From contig JBBSYO010000017.1 of the NCBI GenBank assembly GCA_038045185.1, forward strand, positions 1 to 51,156: DNA of 51,156 nucleotides, in the 5' to 3' direction. Below are positions 27,733 through 38,336 of the stretch, piece by piece. Every line of letters starts with the position of its first letter. The stretch's first letter is position 1. The notes below the pieces were generated by a model that searched no databases, had not been told where the DNA came from, and saw nothing but the letters and a program-made list of their open reading frames with translations. The position numbers and the translations under genes are program-made. Origin of the DNA: Nanobdellota archaeon (GTDB lineage: Archaea > Nanobdellota > Nanobdellia > Pacearchaeales > GW2011-AR1).

Positions 27733-29271
27733 ATGGTGAATAAAAACGCAAAAGATATTACGATTGACGAGCTTGCTACATTCTGCAAGCGCAAGGGTTT
27801 TGTTTATCCTTCTGCTGAAATCTATGGCGGGCTTGCTGGGTTCTGGGATTACGGTCATCTTGGAACATCACTAAAGAAAAACTTTGAAAATCTTTGGAGA
27901 CGCTATTTTCTTGGATTGAGTGATAATTTTTATGAAATTGAGGCTGCAGAGGTTATGCCTGAAAAAGTGTTTGTTGCTAGCGGGCATCTGAAAAACTTTA
28001 CTGATATCGCAGCTAGATGCAAAAAAGGTCATATAGGGCGTGCAGACCAGATTGTGGAGAAATCTGTGGGTGAGAGGGCTGAGGGATTGAGCAGTGAGGA
28101 ACTAATGGGTCTTATTCAGAAACATAAAATAGTTTGTTCTACGTGCAAGGGCGTAATTGATTACGTCGGACCCATTAACATGATGTTTCCAATTCAATTG
28201 GGTGCGGGCACTACTACAACTGCTTTTCTCAGACCCGAAACTGCGCAGAGTCCGTATGTGAACTTTAAGACACAGAACGAAGTTACCCGCGGTCAAATGC
28301 CCTTGGGGCTGGCGCTTATTGGGCGAGCTTATAGAAATGAATTATCTCCGCGCAATATGCTTCTTCGGCAGAGAGCATTCACACAAGCAGAATTGCAGAT
28401 ATTCTTTAATCCTTTAGAAATAAACGCACATCCTGAATTCGACAGCATAAAAAATTACAAATTGAGAGTAGTGAGCAGGGAGCATAGAAATAAAGGTGTG
28501 CAGAGCATATCGGCTTCCGAACTAGCAAAGCGAATACCAAAGTTCTATGTCTATCACATGGCAAAGGTCCAGCAATTTTATCTTGACTTCTTGGAATTTC
28601 CAAAGGACAAGTTTAGGTTTTATGAGCTAAATGATAAAGAGAAAGCCTTCTATAATAAATATCACTTTGATATGGAGGCAGACTTGGGGACGTTGGGATG
28701 GGTAGAAATCGGAGGAGTTCATTACAGAACTGACCACGATTTGAAAGGGCATCAAGAGATATCAAAGCAAAATCTCACTGTTTATGACGAGGATACTAAA
28801 CAGAAGTTTCTCCCGCATGTTTTGGAACTTAGTTTTGGCGTTGATAGGAATTTTCAGACTTTGCTAACTTTTGCGTATGAGCATGACGCTAAACGAGATA
28901 ATATTGTGCTGCATTTGAATCCGAAACTTGCACCGTATAAGGCTGCGGTGCTGCCGATTGTTAAGGGTGAGGAATATGAAAAACTCGCAAAAGAAATACT
29001 TGCAGATTTAAGAAAGGAGTTTAATGTTTTATATGACAGGGGCGGAAGCATTGGGCGGCGCTACGCGCGCAATGATGAAGCAGGCACGCCTTACTGCATT
29101 ACGATTGATGAAGATAGTGTAAAGAAGAAGACAGTTACTATCCGTGATAGAGATACGACGAAGCAGATTCGCGTTAAGATTGCGGAGCTGAACAACATCT
29201 TGAGGGAGCTGGTTAGCGGGGATGTTGAGTTTGATAAAGCGGGGAAGATTGTTGAGACGCGAGTGAAGTAG
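27733..29271 (+). CDS. glyS: glycine--tRNA ligase (alpha2, archaeal/eukaryal type)
   Basis: IYGGLAGFWDYG, LRPETAQ, YRNELSPR and GSIGRRYAR motifs. Start is 27727 or 27733. Confidence 0.95.
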   Translation: MVNKNAKDITIDELATFCKRKGFVYPSAEIYGGLAGFWDYGHLGTSLKKNFENLWRRYFLGLSDNFYEIEAAEVMPEKVFVASGHLKNFTDIAARCKKGHIGRADQIVEKSVGERAEGLSSEELMGLIQKHKIVCSTCKGVIDYVGPINMMFPIQLGAGTTTTAFLRPETAQSPYVNFKTQNEVTRGQMPLGLALIGRAYRNELSPRNMLLRQRAFTQAELQIFFNPLEINAHPEFDSIKNYKLRVVSREHRNKGVQSISASELAKRIPKFYVYHMAKVQQFYLDFLEFPKDKFRFYELNDKEKAFYNKYHFDMEADLGTLGWVEIGGVHYRTDHDLKGHQEISKQNLTVYDEDTKQKFLPHVLELSFGVDRNFQTLLTFAYEHDAKRDNIVLHLNPKLAPYKAAVLPIVKGEEYEKLAKEILADLRKEFNVLYDRGGSIGRRYARNDEAGTPYCITIDEDSVKKKTVTIRDRDTTKQIRVKIAELNNILRELVSGDVEFDKAGKIVETRVK

Positions 29272-29326
29272 TCAGTCCTTTATTCTTTAAGAAAGGGTTT
29301 AAAAGTTAATAATAACTGTTTGGAGA

Positions 29327-30073
29327 ATGAATGCTTTTATGTATGCATTTATCAGCGTGCTGCTTGTAAGCCTGGTTTCGCTTATTGGTGTGACGATGCT
29401 ATCGTTGCAGACGGATAAATTGCGGAAAGTTGTGCTGTATTTGGTAAGTTTTGCTGCTGGCGCGCTTCTTGGTGATGTGTTCCTGCATTTATTGCCTGAG
29501 TTGATTGAAGAGGCTGGTTTTAGCTTTGGATTGGCGTTTACAGCACTTGGAGGCATAGGAGTTTCGTTTGTGATTGAGAAGTTCGTGCATTGGAGGCACT
29601 GCCACATACCTCATTCGAAGGAGCATCCGCATCCGTTTGCAGTGATGAATCTTGTGGGCGACGGAGTGCATAATTTTATTGACGGCATTGTTGTTGGGGC
29701 GAGCTACCTTGCAAGCGTGCCTGTTGGTATTGCGACGACTATTGCGGTGTTCTTGCACGAAATACCGCAGGAAATTGGCGACTTTGGCGTGCTATTGCAC
29801 GGAGGGTTTTCCAAAGGTAGGGCATTGTTCCTTAATTTCCTGCTTGCGTTAACTGCTCTTTTGGGAGTTATTGTTGTTTTTGTTTTGGGGGCGTGGATTG
29901 ACGGCATTTTACCATTTGCGATTGCATTTGCAGGAGGAGCTTTCCTGTATATTGCAGGCTCGGATTTGATACCTGAATTGCATAAAGAATCTCGTTTTCT
30001 GCAGTCATTTATGCAGCTGCTTTGTCTGATTGCAGGCGTTGCTGTGATGAGCGCGCTTTTGTTGCTTGGGTAA
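29327..30073 (+). CDS. ZIP family metal transporter
   Basis: HNFIDG and HEIPQEIGDF motifs with a His-rich loop. Confidence 0.93.
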   Translation: MNAFMYAFISVLLVSLVSLIGVTMLSLQTDKLRKVVLYLVSFAAGALLGDVFLHLLPELIEEAGFSFGLAFTALGGIGVSFVIEKFVHWRHCHIPHSKEHPHPFAVMNLVGDGVHNFIDGIVVGASYLASVPVGIATTIAVFLHEIPQEIGDFGVLLHGGFSKGRALFLNFLLALTALLGVIVVFVLGAWIDGILPFAIAFAGGAFLYIAGSDLIPELHKESRFLQSFMQLLCLIAGVAVMSALLLLG

Positions 30074-30105
30074 GAAATAAAAAGGGATATTTCCTTGAAG
30101 AATAT

Positions 30106-30456
30106 ATGAATGCTGGTTGTGTCTTTTGCAAAATTGCGCAGGGAAAGATTAAGACAGACTTTGTTGACAAGAGCAATTCATTCATTGCGATTCGCGACGC
30201 TAATCCCAAGGCGCGAGGGCACACACTAATTATTCCGAAAGAGCATTATGCTACTCTGCTGGATATTCCTAACAAAATTGGCAGTGAAATGCTTGAATTC
30301 ACTAAAAAAATTGCAGGCTCTTTGCTTGACGAGAAATACGGCGATGGATTTAACCTGCTTATGAATAATCTTTCGTGTGCTGGTCAAGTTGTCATGCATG
30401 CGCATTTGCATCTTATTCCGCGCAGGGAAGGAGATGGTCTGCGTTCTATTGTTTAA
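30106..30456 (+). CDS. HIT family hydrolase
   Basis: CVFCKI and HAHLH motifs. Confidence 0.93.
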   Translation: MNAGCVFCKIAQGKIKTDFVDKSNSFIAIRDANPKARGHTLIIPKEHYATLLDIPNKIGSEMLEFTKKIAGSLLDEKYGDGFNLLMNNLSCAGQVVMHAHLHLIPRREGDGLRSIV

Positions 30457-30890
30457 TAAGTTCTGCGTCCATCTTCTCTCATTGCAAAATTTCTGCTAAA
30501 TTGCTCAAGCGCTTCCGCATACTTAATTCTTTCTTCTGGAGTCATCGCCTGCATATTTTTTAGTCTATTAGAAAGCGAAGCTACTTTTTCAGGAAATGCT
30601 TGTCCTTCTAACGGGAGACCTTTGTTGTAAATCTGGCTTGTTACAAACAATAAATGGTCTATGCATCTGGAATGGTGCGGAACATATCTCTCTCCGATTT
30701 TAGTAAACATATTATCCAGATAATCGCATAATTGCCCAATTACTCTTTGTTCTCCATTAAGCTGAACACCCCTGTTTAATTTATACAATGCACAGACTGC
30801 TGCTTTGATACATTCTTCTATATCGCTGCGGGAAGAAATTGCACTTCTGATACTATCGGGCGGTTCTTCTTGTTTTGATTCTGCAGGCAT
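30453..30890 (-). CDS. hypothetical protein
   Basis: Clean ORF with a TATA-like sequence upstream. Confidence 0.65.
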   Translation of the reverse strand: MPAESKQEEPPDSIRSAISSRSDIEECIKAAVCALYKLNRGVQLNGEQRVIGQLCDYLDNMFTKIGERYVPHHSRCIDHLLFVTSQIYNKGLPLEGQAFPEKVASLSNRLKNMQAMTPEERIKYAEALEQFSRNFAMREDGRRTY

Positions 30891-30927
30891 TTATTATTAT
30901 GAACTCTTCTGTTTTTAGATATATTTA

Positions 30928-31000
30928 TGGTTCTGGGGAGAGTCGAACTCCCGATTTCGGCCTTATGAGAGCCGCGCCTTAACCGCTGGGCTACAGAACC
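30928..31000 (-). tRNA. tRNA with CAT anticodon (elongator Met or Ile2)
   Basis: GGTTCTG/CAGAACC acceptor and anticodon arm CGGCT-CTCATAA-GGCCG. Confidence 0.9.
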
Positions 31001-31048
31001 AAGTTTAGGAACTCTGAATGGTTTTTAAGGTTGTTGTTCGGCAACTTA

Positions 31049-31140
31049 TCGATAATTCTGTTGATTAGCGTATGAAAAACAGAATTATCTTATTAGAGAA
31101 TTCGGGCTAAATTATAGATTAATCATCCGAATTATCTATA
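31049..31140. repeat. double-hairpin element, divergent family A
   Basis: GATAATTCTGTT..AACAGAATTATC followed by AGAGAATTCGG..CCGAATTATCT. Confidence 0.7.
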
Positions 31141-31144
31141 GAAT

Positions 31145-31411
31145 TTATTGTTCGTACTGTGGAACCTGTTGAATATCCTGTATCAATCGTTCTTGAGCCT
31201 GTTCTTTGCGCCTGAGTTCGCGGACAGCGTGCTCCCGCTTGAGGCGCACGACACGGGCTATGTAGCCAGCTATTTTGTTGCGCATTTTCTTGCTTGGCAT
31301 GGTGCTGCCTAAGATTTTTTTATTATTATCGAAACTCTCGTTAAATGCGGACTCTGAGTTGACGAGTTGCTTGGATGTTCTCTTGATAAGAGTTGATTTG
31401 ATTCGTCCCAT
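31145..31411 (-). CDS. rps17e: 30S ribosomal protein S17e
   Basis: MGRIK..F..NKK..SKKMRNKIAGYI signature. Confidence 0.95.
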   Translation of the reverse strand: MGRIKSTLIKRTSKQLVNSESAFNESFDNNKKILGSTMPSKKMRNKIAGYIARVVRLKREHAVRELRRKEQAQERLIQDIQQVPQYEQ

Positions 31412-31435
31412 AATCGAGCTTCGGAAAATGGTTAT

Positions 31436-32368
31436 TTAAAGCTTTAGCTTTTCGTACTTAAGCAGGTTTTTCCACTGGTCTAAATATGGTTTGGCGTTCT
31501 TATCCAATTCGCCCTTGACAAGAAGAAGGGAAGGCATTTTTTCTGCCTGTGATTTGTGAATAATTATGACTAAATCGTCTTCTGTGATTTTCTTTTTGTC
31601 TTTGGCAATTAAGAAGAGCTCTTGCTGACCAAAAGGCGTGTCTATCCTGATTTTGGCGTGATATTCTTTTGTTTTTGCGGTAAGCTCCTGAATGACTTCC
31701 ATGTTTTTGTTTTTTAGATATTCTTGCACGTTTTTTACGAATGCGCTTGGTGATATGTCTTTTGTCTTTTTTTCTTTTGCGGGCTTTGACTCTGAGATTG
31801 TTTCTTGGGCTGTTTTTTCAACGGGTAATTGTTCTTTGATTGCGGAAGTTTCCTTTTTTTCTTGCTTATGCACTTCTTTGGCGGCAGGCGCAGGTTTTGT
31901 TGCGGTCGGATTTACTTGTTCTTCAATGAGTGCGCGTGCCTGTGCTTCTGGCGTGGCGAAGAATTTCCAGAAGATTTTTTCTTCGGTGTTTACGCGCACC
32001 GGCATTGGTATGGCAAAATCCCTGATTTTGCGGAGAGCGACGCGAATCGCTGGGTCTTGCGCCTCATCATCTAAGAGCTGGGCGTGCTTGAGTCGCTCGA
32101 AGGCCTCGCGTTCCTTGCCGTTGAGGTATGAGGTGAATGTTTCGAGCCCTGCTTCCTGACCTGGGATAAAGTATAGCGGAGAACTGCCGACTTTCATACA
32201 GCTCATTACGAGCTTGCGTTCGGCGACCATCTCTGAGAGAAGCGCACCTATGAACAGGGGGCTGATGTTTGTCTCTCGAGAGACGCGGGCAGGAAAACTT
32301 GGACCTGATGTGCGAATTGTGTTGAGAATCCGCTCTTTTGTGGCATTGACTTTTTGAACGTCAATCAT
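31436..32368 (-). CDS. hypothetical protein with N-terminal winged-helix-like domain
   Basis: GPSFP..VGSSPLY N-terminus, low-complexity linker and C-terminal domain. Confidence 0.8.
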   Translation of the reverse strand: MIDVQKVNATKERILNTIRTSGPSFPARVSRETNISPLFIGALLSEMVAERKLVMSCMKVGSSPLYFIPGQEAGLETFTSYLNGKEREAFERLKHAQLLDDEAQDPAIRVALRKIRDFAIPMPVRVNTEEKIFWKFFATPEAQARALIEEQVNPTATKPAPAAKEVHKQEKKETSAIKEQLPVEKTAQETISESKPAKEKKTKDISPSAFVKNVQEYLKNKNMEVIQELTAKTKEYHAKIRIDTPFGQQELFLIAKDKKKITEDDLVIIIHKSQAEKMPSLLLVKGELDKNAKPYLDQWKNLLKYEKLKL

Positions 32369-32409
32369 GCCTTTCTAAGAGTCGGGCTTGTTATAAAGAT
32401 TGTTGTGTT

Positions 32410-32922
32410 TCAAGACCTAAACCACTGGCAAACATAATATGTTACGTCTCCTTCGTCATCTACAATTGCCAATAACAGCTTCTTGTTTGTTGAGGTGGCT
32501 ACCCTGTTCTTGGCTGCAAAGTCGTACCAAGTGAGGGTTTCGTGCTCTCTAAGCGGAAAGAGAAGCCAGGACGCATGACCTTGACTTGGTTTGACGCCTT
32601 TTTCATACACACGGAATTCTGAGCCAAATTTGAGCGCTGTTTTGACGATGTAACCCTTTTTTCTTAAATCGGCAAAAACGGCGAGCTTAGTTTCAATGTT
32701 TTTGTCGCGGTGCTTTATTTTCTTGAGTAATGCTTGGATATCAATGGACTTACTCTGCTGAAATAGCGCGAGTTTATTTCCTTGCATAAGAGCAAGTGCC
32801 TCTACTGAAGAATATTCTATGTGCGAGCGTTTCTTCTCGCCCCAGCGTGATTTTTCGTAGAGCGAGAAAGCTTCCTCGCTTGCTGAGGTGATTGTGTCGT
32901 CGGATAGTTGCGCTTGAATCAT
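32410..32922 (-). CDS. endA: tRNA-intron endonuclease
   Basis: DLRKKGYIVKTALKFGSEFRVY..H...RVA....KK contains the catalytic Y/H/K residues. Confidence 0.92.
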   Translation of the reverse strand: MIQAQLSDDTITSASEEAFSLYEKSRWGEKKRSHIEYSSVEALALMQGNKLALFQQSKSIDIQALLKKIKHRDKNIETKLAVFADLRKKGYIVKTALKFGSEFRVYEKGVKPSQGHASWLLFPLREHETLTWYDFAAKNRVATSTNKKLLLAIVDDEGDVTYYVCQWFRS

Positions 32923-33314
32923 ATTTCTGGCATTATTTTTAATTCAGGAATGCGTCCAAAATGTCTTTTATTTTGTGTCGCAAGCATTTCTTTATTTGTG
33001 ATAGCTATTGAGGCTATCATCACATCAAGCACATCTGTAGTTTCCCCCTGTGATTGTAAATCTTCAAATATTTCGGCTGCTTTTCTTGAGGCTGTGCTTG
33101 TCAGGCTGCTTATTTCTAATTCCGATAGCAGTTTTTTAACTGAATTATGTGCTTCTTCTGTTTTTTTTCGATAAGCTCCTTTCCATAGCTCGAATTCGTT
33201 AATTGTTGTCGTTTTAAGAGGCTCTTCATCCTCTTTCAGCTTTTCAATAAGGTTCACAGCATTCGGCTCTTTTCTTAGGAAATTTATGATTACATCTGTG
33301 TCAAGGAATACCAT
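32919..33314 (-). CDS. vapC: VapC PIN-domain toxin
   Basis: FLDTDVII, EL..G, D..IA..A and T.N..HF motifs. Confidence 0.92.
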   Translation of the reverse strand: MVFLDTDVIINFLRKEPNAVNLIEKLKEDEEPLKTTTINEFELWKGAYRKKTEEAHNSVKKLLSELEISSLTSTASRKAAEIFEDLQSQGETTDVLDVMIASIAITNKEMLATQNKRHFGRIPELKIMPEI

Positions 33315-33559
33315 TATCGGATTCTCCTGGAAACCACTTTTCTTTCTGAATAGATTTCTCCAAGCAGTTTTTCAGCTTCTTTGTCAGACATTTTCCAGCT
33401 TCCTGCTAGTTTCATTATATCTCCTCTTTTCTTATTTAGTTTATCATGGAGCGCCTCATCAAAAGAGACTCTCCTTCCAAGCCTTTCTTGAAGTGCTGTT
33501 GCTATATCAAGAAGGTGCTTATAGTTTTCTTCGCTTATCTTGATTGTTTTGTATATCAT
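33314..33559 (-). CDS. vapB: VapB-type antitoxin
   Basis: KTIKISEE.Y..L..SFDE..LAGSW. Sits directly upstream of vapC. Confidence 0.8.
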   Translation of the reverse strand: MIYKTIKISEENYKHLLDIATALQERLGRRVSFDEALHDKLNKKRGDIMKLAGSWKMSDKEAEKLLGEIYSERKVVSRRIR

Positions 33560-33830
33560 GTTCTACTAAGTTACTTAGTTACTTGGTGTATTTAAAGATT
33601 ACGTTTAAGGGGCGGGTTTGCATTCCCCGAAACAGATGGCGCCTTTGTATTGGAGAGGAGTTTATTTATTTTTCCAGGTTTCTATTATCAAGCACGGACC
33701 AAAAGGTGAGTAAATCAGGACTCCGGAGATAGTGTATTTTTCACCCTCGCTTAATGGGCTGTTACATATCGAAGGAGAGGGCGACTGTCCGGGAATACTG
33801 CACCCAAGACGACGCTGGCGGTCTAAACAT

Positions 33831-34169
33831 AACTTGTTTGCTTCAGGTTCTGTTAATGGTCGTTATTTTGTTGGAGGTCTTATTGGTACGGCTGGGGACT
33901 ATCATTTGTCTTATGTAGAGAATAGCTATTCTGTTGGAAGAGTTCAAGCCATTAGCCAAAGCGGAGGGCTAATCGGTTATTCTCCCAATGCTTCTATCCT
34001 TAATTCTTATTGGGACATCAATACCTCGGGTCAGAGTCAAAGTGCTGGCGGAGAAGGGCGTACAACACAGCAAATGCAAACCCAGAGCAATTACGTCGAG
34101 TGGGACTTTATGAACATCTGGAGAATCAACCAAGGACAAGATTACCCGCGATTGGCATGGCAACCTTAA
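33831..34169 (+). pseudogene. C-terminal fragment of a GLUG-motif surface protein
   Basis: G.V.G...VGGLIG repeats and SYWD..TSGQ..SAGG.G.TT.QM..WDF..IW..YPRL. No credible start. Confidence 0.7.
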
Positions 34170-34174
34170 CTTCT

Positions 34175-34567
34175 TTAGTTGTACGAGACAACGTTCATCC
34201 CAAGAATGTACTCGAAGTGTTTGACGTTTTTTGTGAGAATCGTAGTTATTCCGTTGGTGAGGTAGAGCGCGGCTATTAGGCAATCGGCTTCTCCGATTGT
34301 TTTTCCCTTTTTCTTTAACTCGTGAAAGAGAAGGCTTGCTTTTTTCACCGCTTCTTTGTTTAATTCATAGCAAGGTATCTCTTCAAATAGCGCGTCATAT
34401 ATCTCTTCTTCTTTTTTATGGGCAGGCTTATCAGGATTAATTCCGAACATAAGTTCGATATAACTCATTCTATTTACGACTATGGGTCCTTGTTTTTCAA
34501 GAATCTCTTTAATTGACGTCACCCCCTTTACCATATCTATTATTGTAGAAGTATCAAGCCCAATCAT
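34175..34567 (-). CDS. vapC: VapC PIN-domain toxin
   Basis: GLDTSTIID..EL.FG..DCLIAA..TKNVKHF. Confidence 0.92.
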   Translation of the reverse strand: MIGLDTSTIIDMVKGVTSIKEILEKQGPIVVNRMSYIELMFGINPDKPAHKKEEEIYDALFEEIPCYELNKEAVKKASLLFHELKKKGKTIGEADCLIAALYLTNGITTILTKNVKHFEYILGMNVVSYN

Positions 34568-34821
34568 CGCGCGAGCCTCTTTGCAAATGATTTTCTGAAG
34601 GAGTCTATTCTTCTTTGCCTTTCCTCTGCTTCTTGCTCGCTTTCCTTTAACACGCCGAAGAATTTCGTGAATGAACTTTCTGTTCCCTTATTTTCAAGCG
34701 ACCTTTTCATGAGTTGTGTTAGGGTTTCTCCTAGTTTCATTTTTTGTTCAATGGCTCTGGCTCTGAACTTTCTGAATACTTCTTCGTTCACGTCTCTTAC
34801 TCCGATGAATATTTTTTCCAT
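34564..34821 (-). CDS. vapB: VapB-type antitoxin (RHH-like)
   Basis: VRDVNEEVFRKFRARA N-terminus and ATGA overlap with vapC. Confidence 0.8.
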   Translation of the reverse strand: MEKIFIGVRDVNEEVFRKFRARAIEQKMKLGETLTQLMKRSLENKGTESSFTKFFGVLKESEQEAEERQRRIDSFRKSFAKRLAR

Positions 34822-34912
34822 ATGTTTAACTTGTTTAACAAGTTTATAAATTTTACTATTTCATTTGCAGCGCCTGCGGAAGTTTTAAATCAGGTTCTTG
34901 CAAGATAAAGAC

Positions 34913-37837
34913 ATGGCTAAGAAAAAATCCTCGAAAACTCTGAATTTTAAAGCCATGGAGCGAAAATGGCAGAGAGCTTGGGATGAGGCTGAAGCGTATA
35001 AGAGTTTCGATAGCTCTGAGAAAAAGAAATGCTATGTGTGCGAGATGTTTCCTTATCCGAGCGCGAGTTTTTTGCATGTTGGGCATATGCGCAATTTCAC
35101 GATTGGCGATTTGATTGCGCGATATAAACGGATGAAGGGTTTTAATGTGATGTATCCGATGGGGTTCGATGCCTTCGGTCTGCCTGCGGAGAATGCCGCA
35201 ATTAAGCAGGGCATTCGTCCGAAGAAGTATACTGAAAATGCAATTAAGACGATAAAGAAGTATATGCGTGAACTGGCTTTGAGTTATGACTGGAGTCGGG
35301 AGCTTGCGACGTGTTCGCCGGAATATTACAGGTGGAATCAATGGTTATTTTTGCGCATGCTTGAGAAGGGAATTGCTTATCGCAAGAAGGCGCCTGTTAA
35401 CTGGTGCCCTTCGTGCAAGACAGTACTGGCTAACGAAGAAGTTGTTGCTGGAAAGTGCTGGCGATGCGACAGCGATGTGACGATTGAGCTTCTGGAGCAA
35501 TGGTTCTTGAAAATTACCAATTATGCGGATGAATTGCTGGAAGGACTTGAGGGATTGAACTGGCCCGAACGAGTTAAAGAACTGCAACGAAACTGGATTG
35601 GACGACGCGAGGGGACGAAGGTTGTATTCCCTATTAAGGGCAGCGAGAAGGCTCTTGAAGTTTTCACCACGCGTGCAGATACACTTTATGGAGTGACTTT
35701 TGTGGCATGTGCGGTACAGCATGAGATTGTTGAAGGTCTTGTTAGGGGAACGAAATATGAAAAGGCTTACAAACAGTTTGTTAAAGATATGTCGGCTTCT
35801 GAAAAATTGGAAGCTGATAAAGAGAAGCACGGATTTTTTATCGGGAAGCATGCAATACATCCGTTGACGAATGAAGAGATTCCGATTTATGCGGGCAATT
35901 TTGTGGTTGCAGGTTATGGCACGGGTGCGGTGATGGGCGTGCCTGCGCATGACCAAAGGGATTTTGAGTTTGCGAAGAAACATAAATTACCGATTAAACA
36001 GGTTGTAGCCCCGCTTTTTGTCACAACTGAGGGAAAGGACGCGATTAGAAAAGATAAGCCCACTATCGCCAGAGATACTGTATTTGCCATTGTTAAACAT
36101 TGGGAGGATGATAAATATTTCTGCCTTGACTGGAAGAAATTTGGATGGAAAAGCTTAGTTATCGGAGGAATTGATGATGGCGAATCTCCTGAAGATGCCG
36201 CAATTAGAGAGGTAAAAGAAGAAACTGGTTACCAAGATATTAAGTCTGTTGCCTCCATAGGTTTTGAGAACCACGGCAACTATTATGCAGAACATAAGGG
36301 AGTTAATAGATATGCAAGGTTCAAGACTTTCTTAGTGACTTTAAAATCTGGAAAGCGTATTGAACCAGATAAAGAGCATGTGCAAAATCATTATGGTTTA
36401 TGGATAGAAGGCAAGGATGTAGAGAGTTTTCTTAATTTGCCAAATAATAAATATGTTTGGGATATTTATGCCAACGGCGAGAGGGCATTTGTTGATGGTG
36501 GCGTTTTAATTAATTCAGACGTTTTCAACGGGCTTGATTCTGCGACTGCGCGGGAACGCATTAGTGAAATGCTTGCAAAAAAGGGCGTCGGTGGGAAGAC
36601 CGTTGAATATAAACTGCGGGACTGGCTGATTTCGCGACAGCGTTATTGGGGAACGCCGATTCCCATTGTATATTGCAAGGATTGCGGGGTTGTGCCAGTT
36701 CCTGAAAAAGATTTGCCTGTTGTGCTGCCGGATAAGGTTAAGTTTACAGGGAAGGGCAACCCCTTGCTGACGAATGAAGGGTTTGTCAATACTAGTTGTC
36801 CGTGCTGTGGAGGAAAGGCACGGCGTGAGACTGATACGATGGCAACGTTCTTTGATTCGAGTTGGTATTATCTGCGTTATTGCTCTCCTAACAGCCACGA
36901 TATTTTTGACAGAAAAGCAGTTGAGTATTGGATGCCGGTTGATTATTACATTGGGGGGATTGAACATGCGGTGCTGCATTTGCTGTATGCGCGTTTTTTC
37001 ACGAAGTTTTTGCGTGACATTGGATGGGTGACATTTGATGAGCCGTTTAAACGCCTTTTTAGCCAAGGGATGGTTCTGGCAAAAAGCGGCGAGAGAATGA
37101 GCAAGAGCAAGGGAAATGCTGTTACGACGAAGGAAGCGTGCAGTCGTTATGGCGTGGATGCGACACGATTCTTCATGCTGTTTGTTGCAAGTCCTGATAA
37201 AGATATGGAATGGGACGAACACGGAATTGAAGGCGTGCATCGGTTTGTGACGCGTTTTAAGGAATTATTTAATCGTGTAGGGGGGGCGGCGAATGCGCTG
37301 ATGGAACACAAACTTCACTCTACGTTAAGAACTGTTGAGCAGAGTTATGAACAGTTTGAGTTTAATAAAGGGCTTGTGGCGTTTATGGAATTTGTGGGAT
37401 ATTTGGCTGAGCAAAAGCAGGTGCCGAGGTTTGTGCTTGAGAATTGCTTGTTGATTATCGCGCCGGTGATGCCGCATTTGGCAGAGGAATTGTGGCATAG
37501 GCTTGGGAGGGCGAGCTTGATTGTGCAGGAGCGTTGGCCGCATGTGGATGAAAGCAAGATTGATGATGCGCTTGATGAGTCTGAACGTGCGCGCGAGAAG
37601 ACGTTTAATGATATTCAGACGGTTCTACGTCTTGTGAGAGAAAAGACTGGCAAAGAACCGAAGAAATTGTATATTTACACGATTCCGCCCGAGGTTGGAC
37701 AGTATTCTGCAGAAGATTTATCGAAGCGTTTAAGTATTGAAGTTAAGGTATTTGCTGTGAATGATTCGCATAAATACGACCCGGAGGGCAAGGCAGGCAA
37801 GGCGCGACTTGGGAAGCCTGCGTTGTATGTTGCATGA
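34913..37837 (+). CDS. leuS: leucine--tRNA ligase, bacterial-type core with inserted Nudix domain
   Basis: [44 protein letters not shown] and RMSKS. Internal Nudix box [22 protein letters not shown]. Confidence 0.96.
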   Translation: MAKKKSSKTLNFKAMERKWQRAWDEAEAYKSFDSSEKKKCYVCEMFPYPSASFLHVGHMRNFTIGDLIARYKRMKGFNVMYPMGFDAFGLPAENAAIKQGIRPKKYTENAIKTIKKYMRELALSYDWSRELATCSPEYYRWNQWLFLRMLEKGIAYRKKAPVNWCPSCKTVLANEEVVAGKCWRCDSDVTIELLEQWFLKITNYADELLEGLEGLNWPERVKELQRNWIGRREGTKVVFPIKGSEKALEVFTTRADTLYGVTFVACAVQHEIVEGLVRGTKYEKAYKQFVKDMSASEKLEADKEKHGFFIGKHAIHPLTNEEIPIYAGNFVVAGYGTGAVMGVPAHDQRDFEFAKKHKLPIKQVVAPLFVTTEGKDAIRKDKPTIARDTVFAIVKHWEDDKYFCLDWKKFGWKSLVIGGIDDGESPEDAAIREVKEETGYQDIKSVASIGFENHGNYYAEHKGVNRYARFKTFLVTLKSGKRIEPDKEHVQNHYGLWIEGKDVESFLNLPNNKYVWDIYANGERAFVDGGVLINSDVFNGLDSATARERISEMLAKKGVGGKTVEYKLRDWLISRQRYWGTPIPIVYCKDCGVVPVPEKDLPVVLPDKVKFTGKGNPLLTNEGFVNTSCPCCGGKARRETDTMATFFDSSWYYLRYCSPNSHDIFDRKAVEYWMPVDYYIGGIEHAVLHLLYARFFTKFLRDIGWVTFDEPFKRLFSQGMVLAKSGERMSKSKGNAVTTKEACSRYGVDATRFFMLFVASPDKDMEWDEHGIEGVHRFVTRFKELFNRVGGAANALMEHKLHSTLRTVEQSYEQFEFNKGLVAFMEFVGYLAEQKQVPRFVLENCLLIIAPVMPHLAEELWHRLGRASLIVQERWPHVDESKIDDALDESERAREKTFNDIQTVLRLVREKTGKEPKKLYIYTIPPEVGQYSAEDLSKRLSIEVKVFAVNDSHKYDPEGKAGKARLGKPALYVA

Positions 37838-38313
37838 GTAATGTTTCAAGGGAGCAGGTTCTTCGGGAGTTGCATGATGGTTTTGCCGCGCTCAAAAAGG
37901 AATTAGGATTCAAGGCTGGTTTTGAAGAACTTGACAGGGTGTTCTTCTTGGAAGATGCGGTCTTGAATACCGGGTTTGTCAGCAGAACGGCGCTGTCGAG
38001 ACAGATATGCGCACGGATTGCGGAAACTTACATGGGTTGGAATAATTATTTGCATGGTCTGATTATTTCGAATCCGCATTATATGATTCAGGTGAATGAG
38101 GGCAAAATGCTGAGTGATGAGGACAAAAAGATGATGGGCAAAATGATTAGCGAGGGTATGCGATTCGTTAGCGGAAACATGCTGAATGGACTGACGAAGG
38201 ACAAAAAGGCAGAGGCAGCATTTATCGACGACGCATTGGCTTTATGGGGTGAGAGTTACCGTCCGCAGCTGGCAATATTCTTGTCTAAGATTTATGCGGG
38301 CTGGAAGAAATAG
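37834..38313 (+). CDS. hypothetical helical protein
   Basis: ATGA-coupled to leuS, clean ORF. Confidence 0.8.
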   Translation: MSNVSREQVLRELHDGFAALKKELGFKAGFEELDRVFFLEDAVLNTGFVSRTALSRQICARIAETYMGWNNYLHGLIISNPHYMIQVNEGKMLSDEDKKMMGKMISEGMRFVSGNMLNGLTKDKKAEAAFIDDALALWGESYRPQLAIFLSKIYAGWKK

Positions 38314-38336
38314 TTGTCATTGTTCCGTTGGTCAGT

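Noticed and set aside
33600-33830. Possible structured ncRNA (SRP or RNase P)
   Set aside because: I could not identify conserved SRP or RNase P motifs. An Rfam search would be needed.
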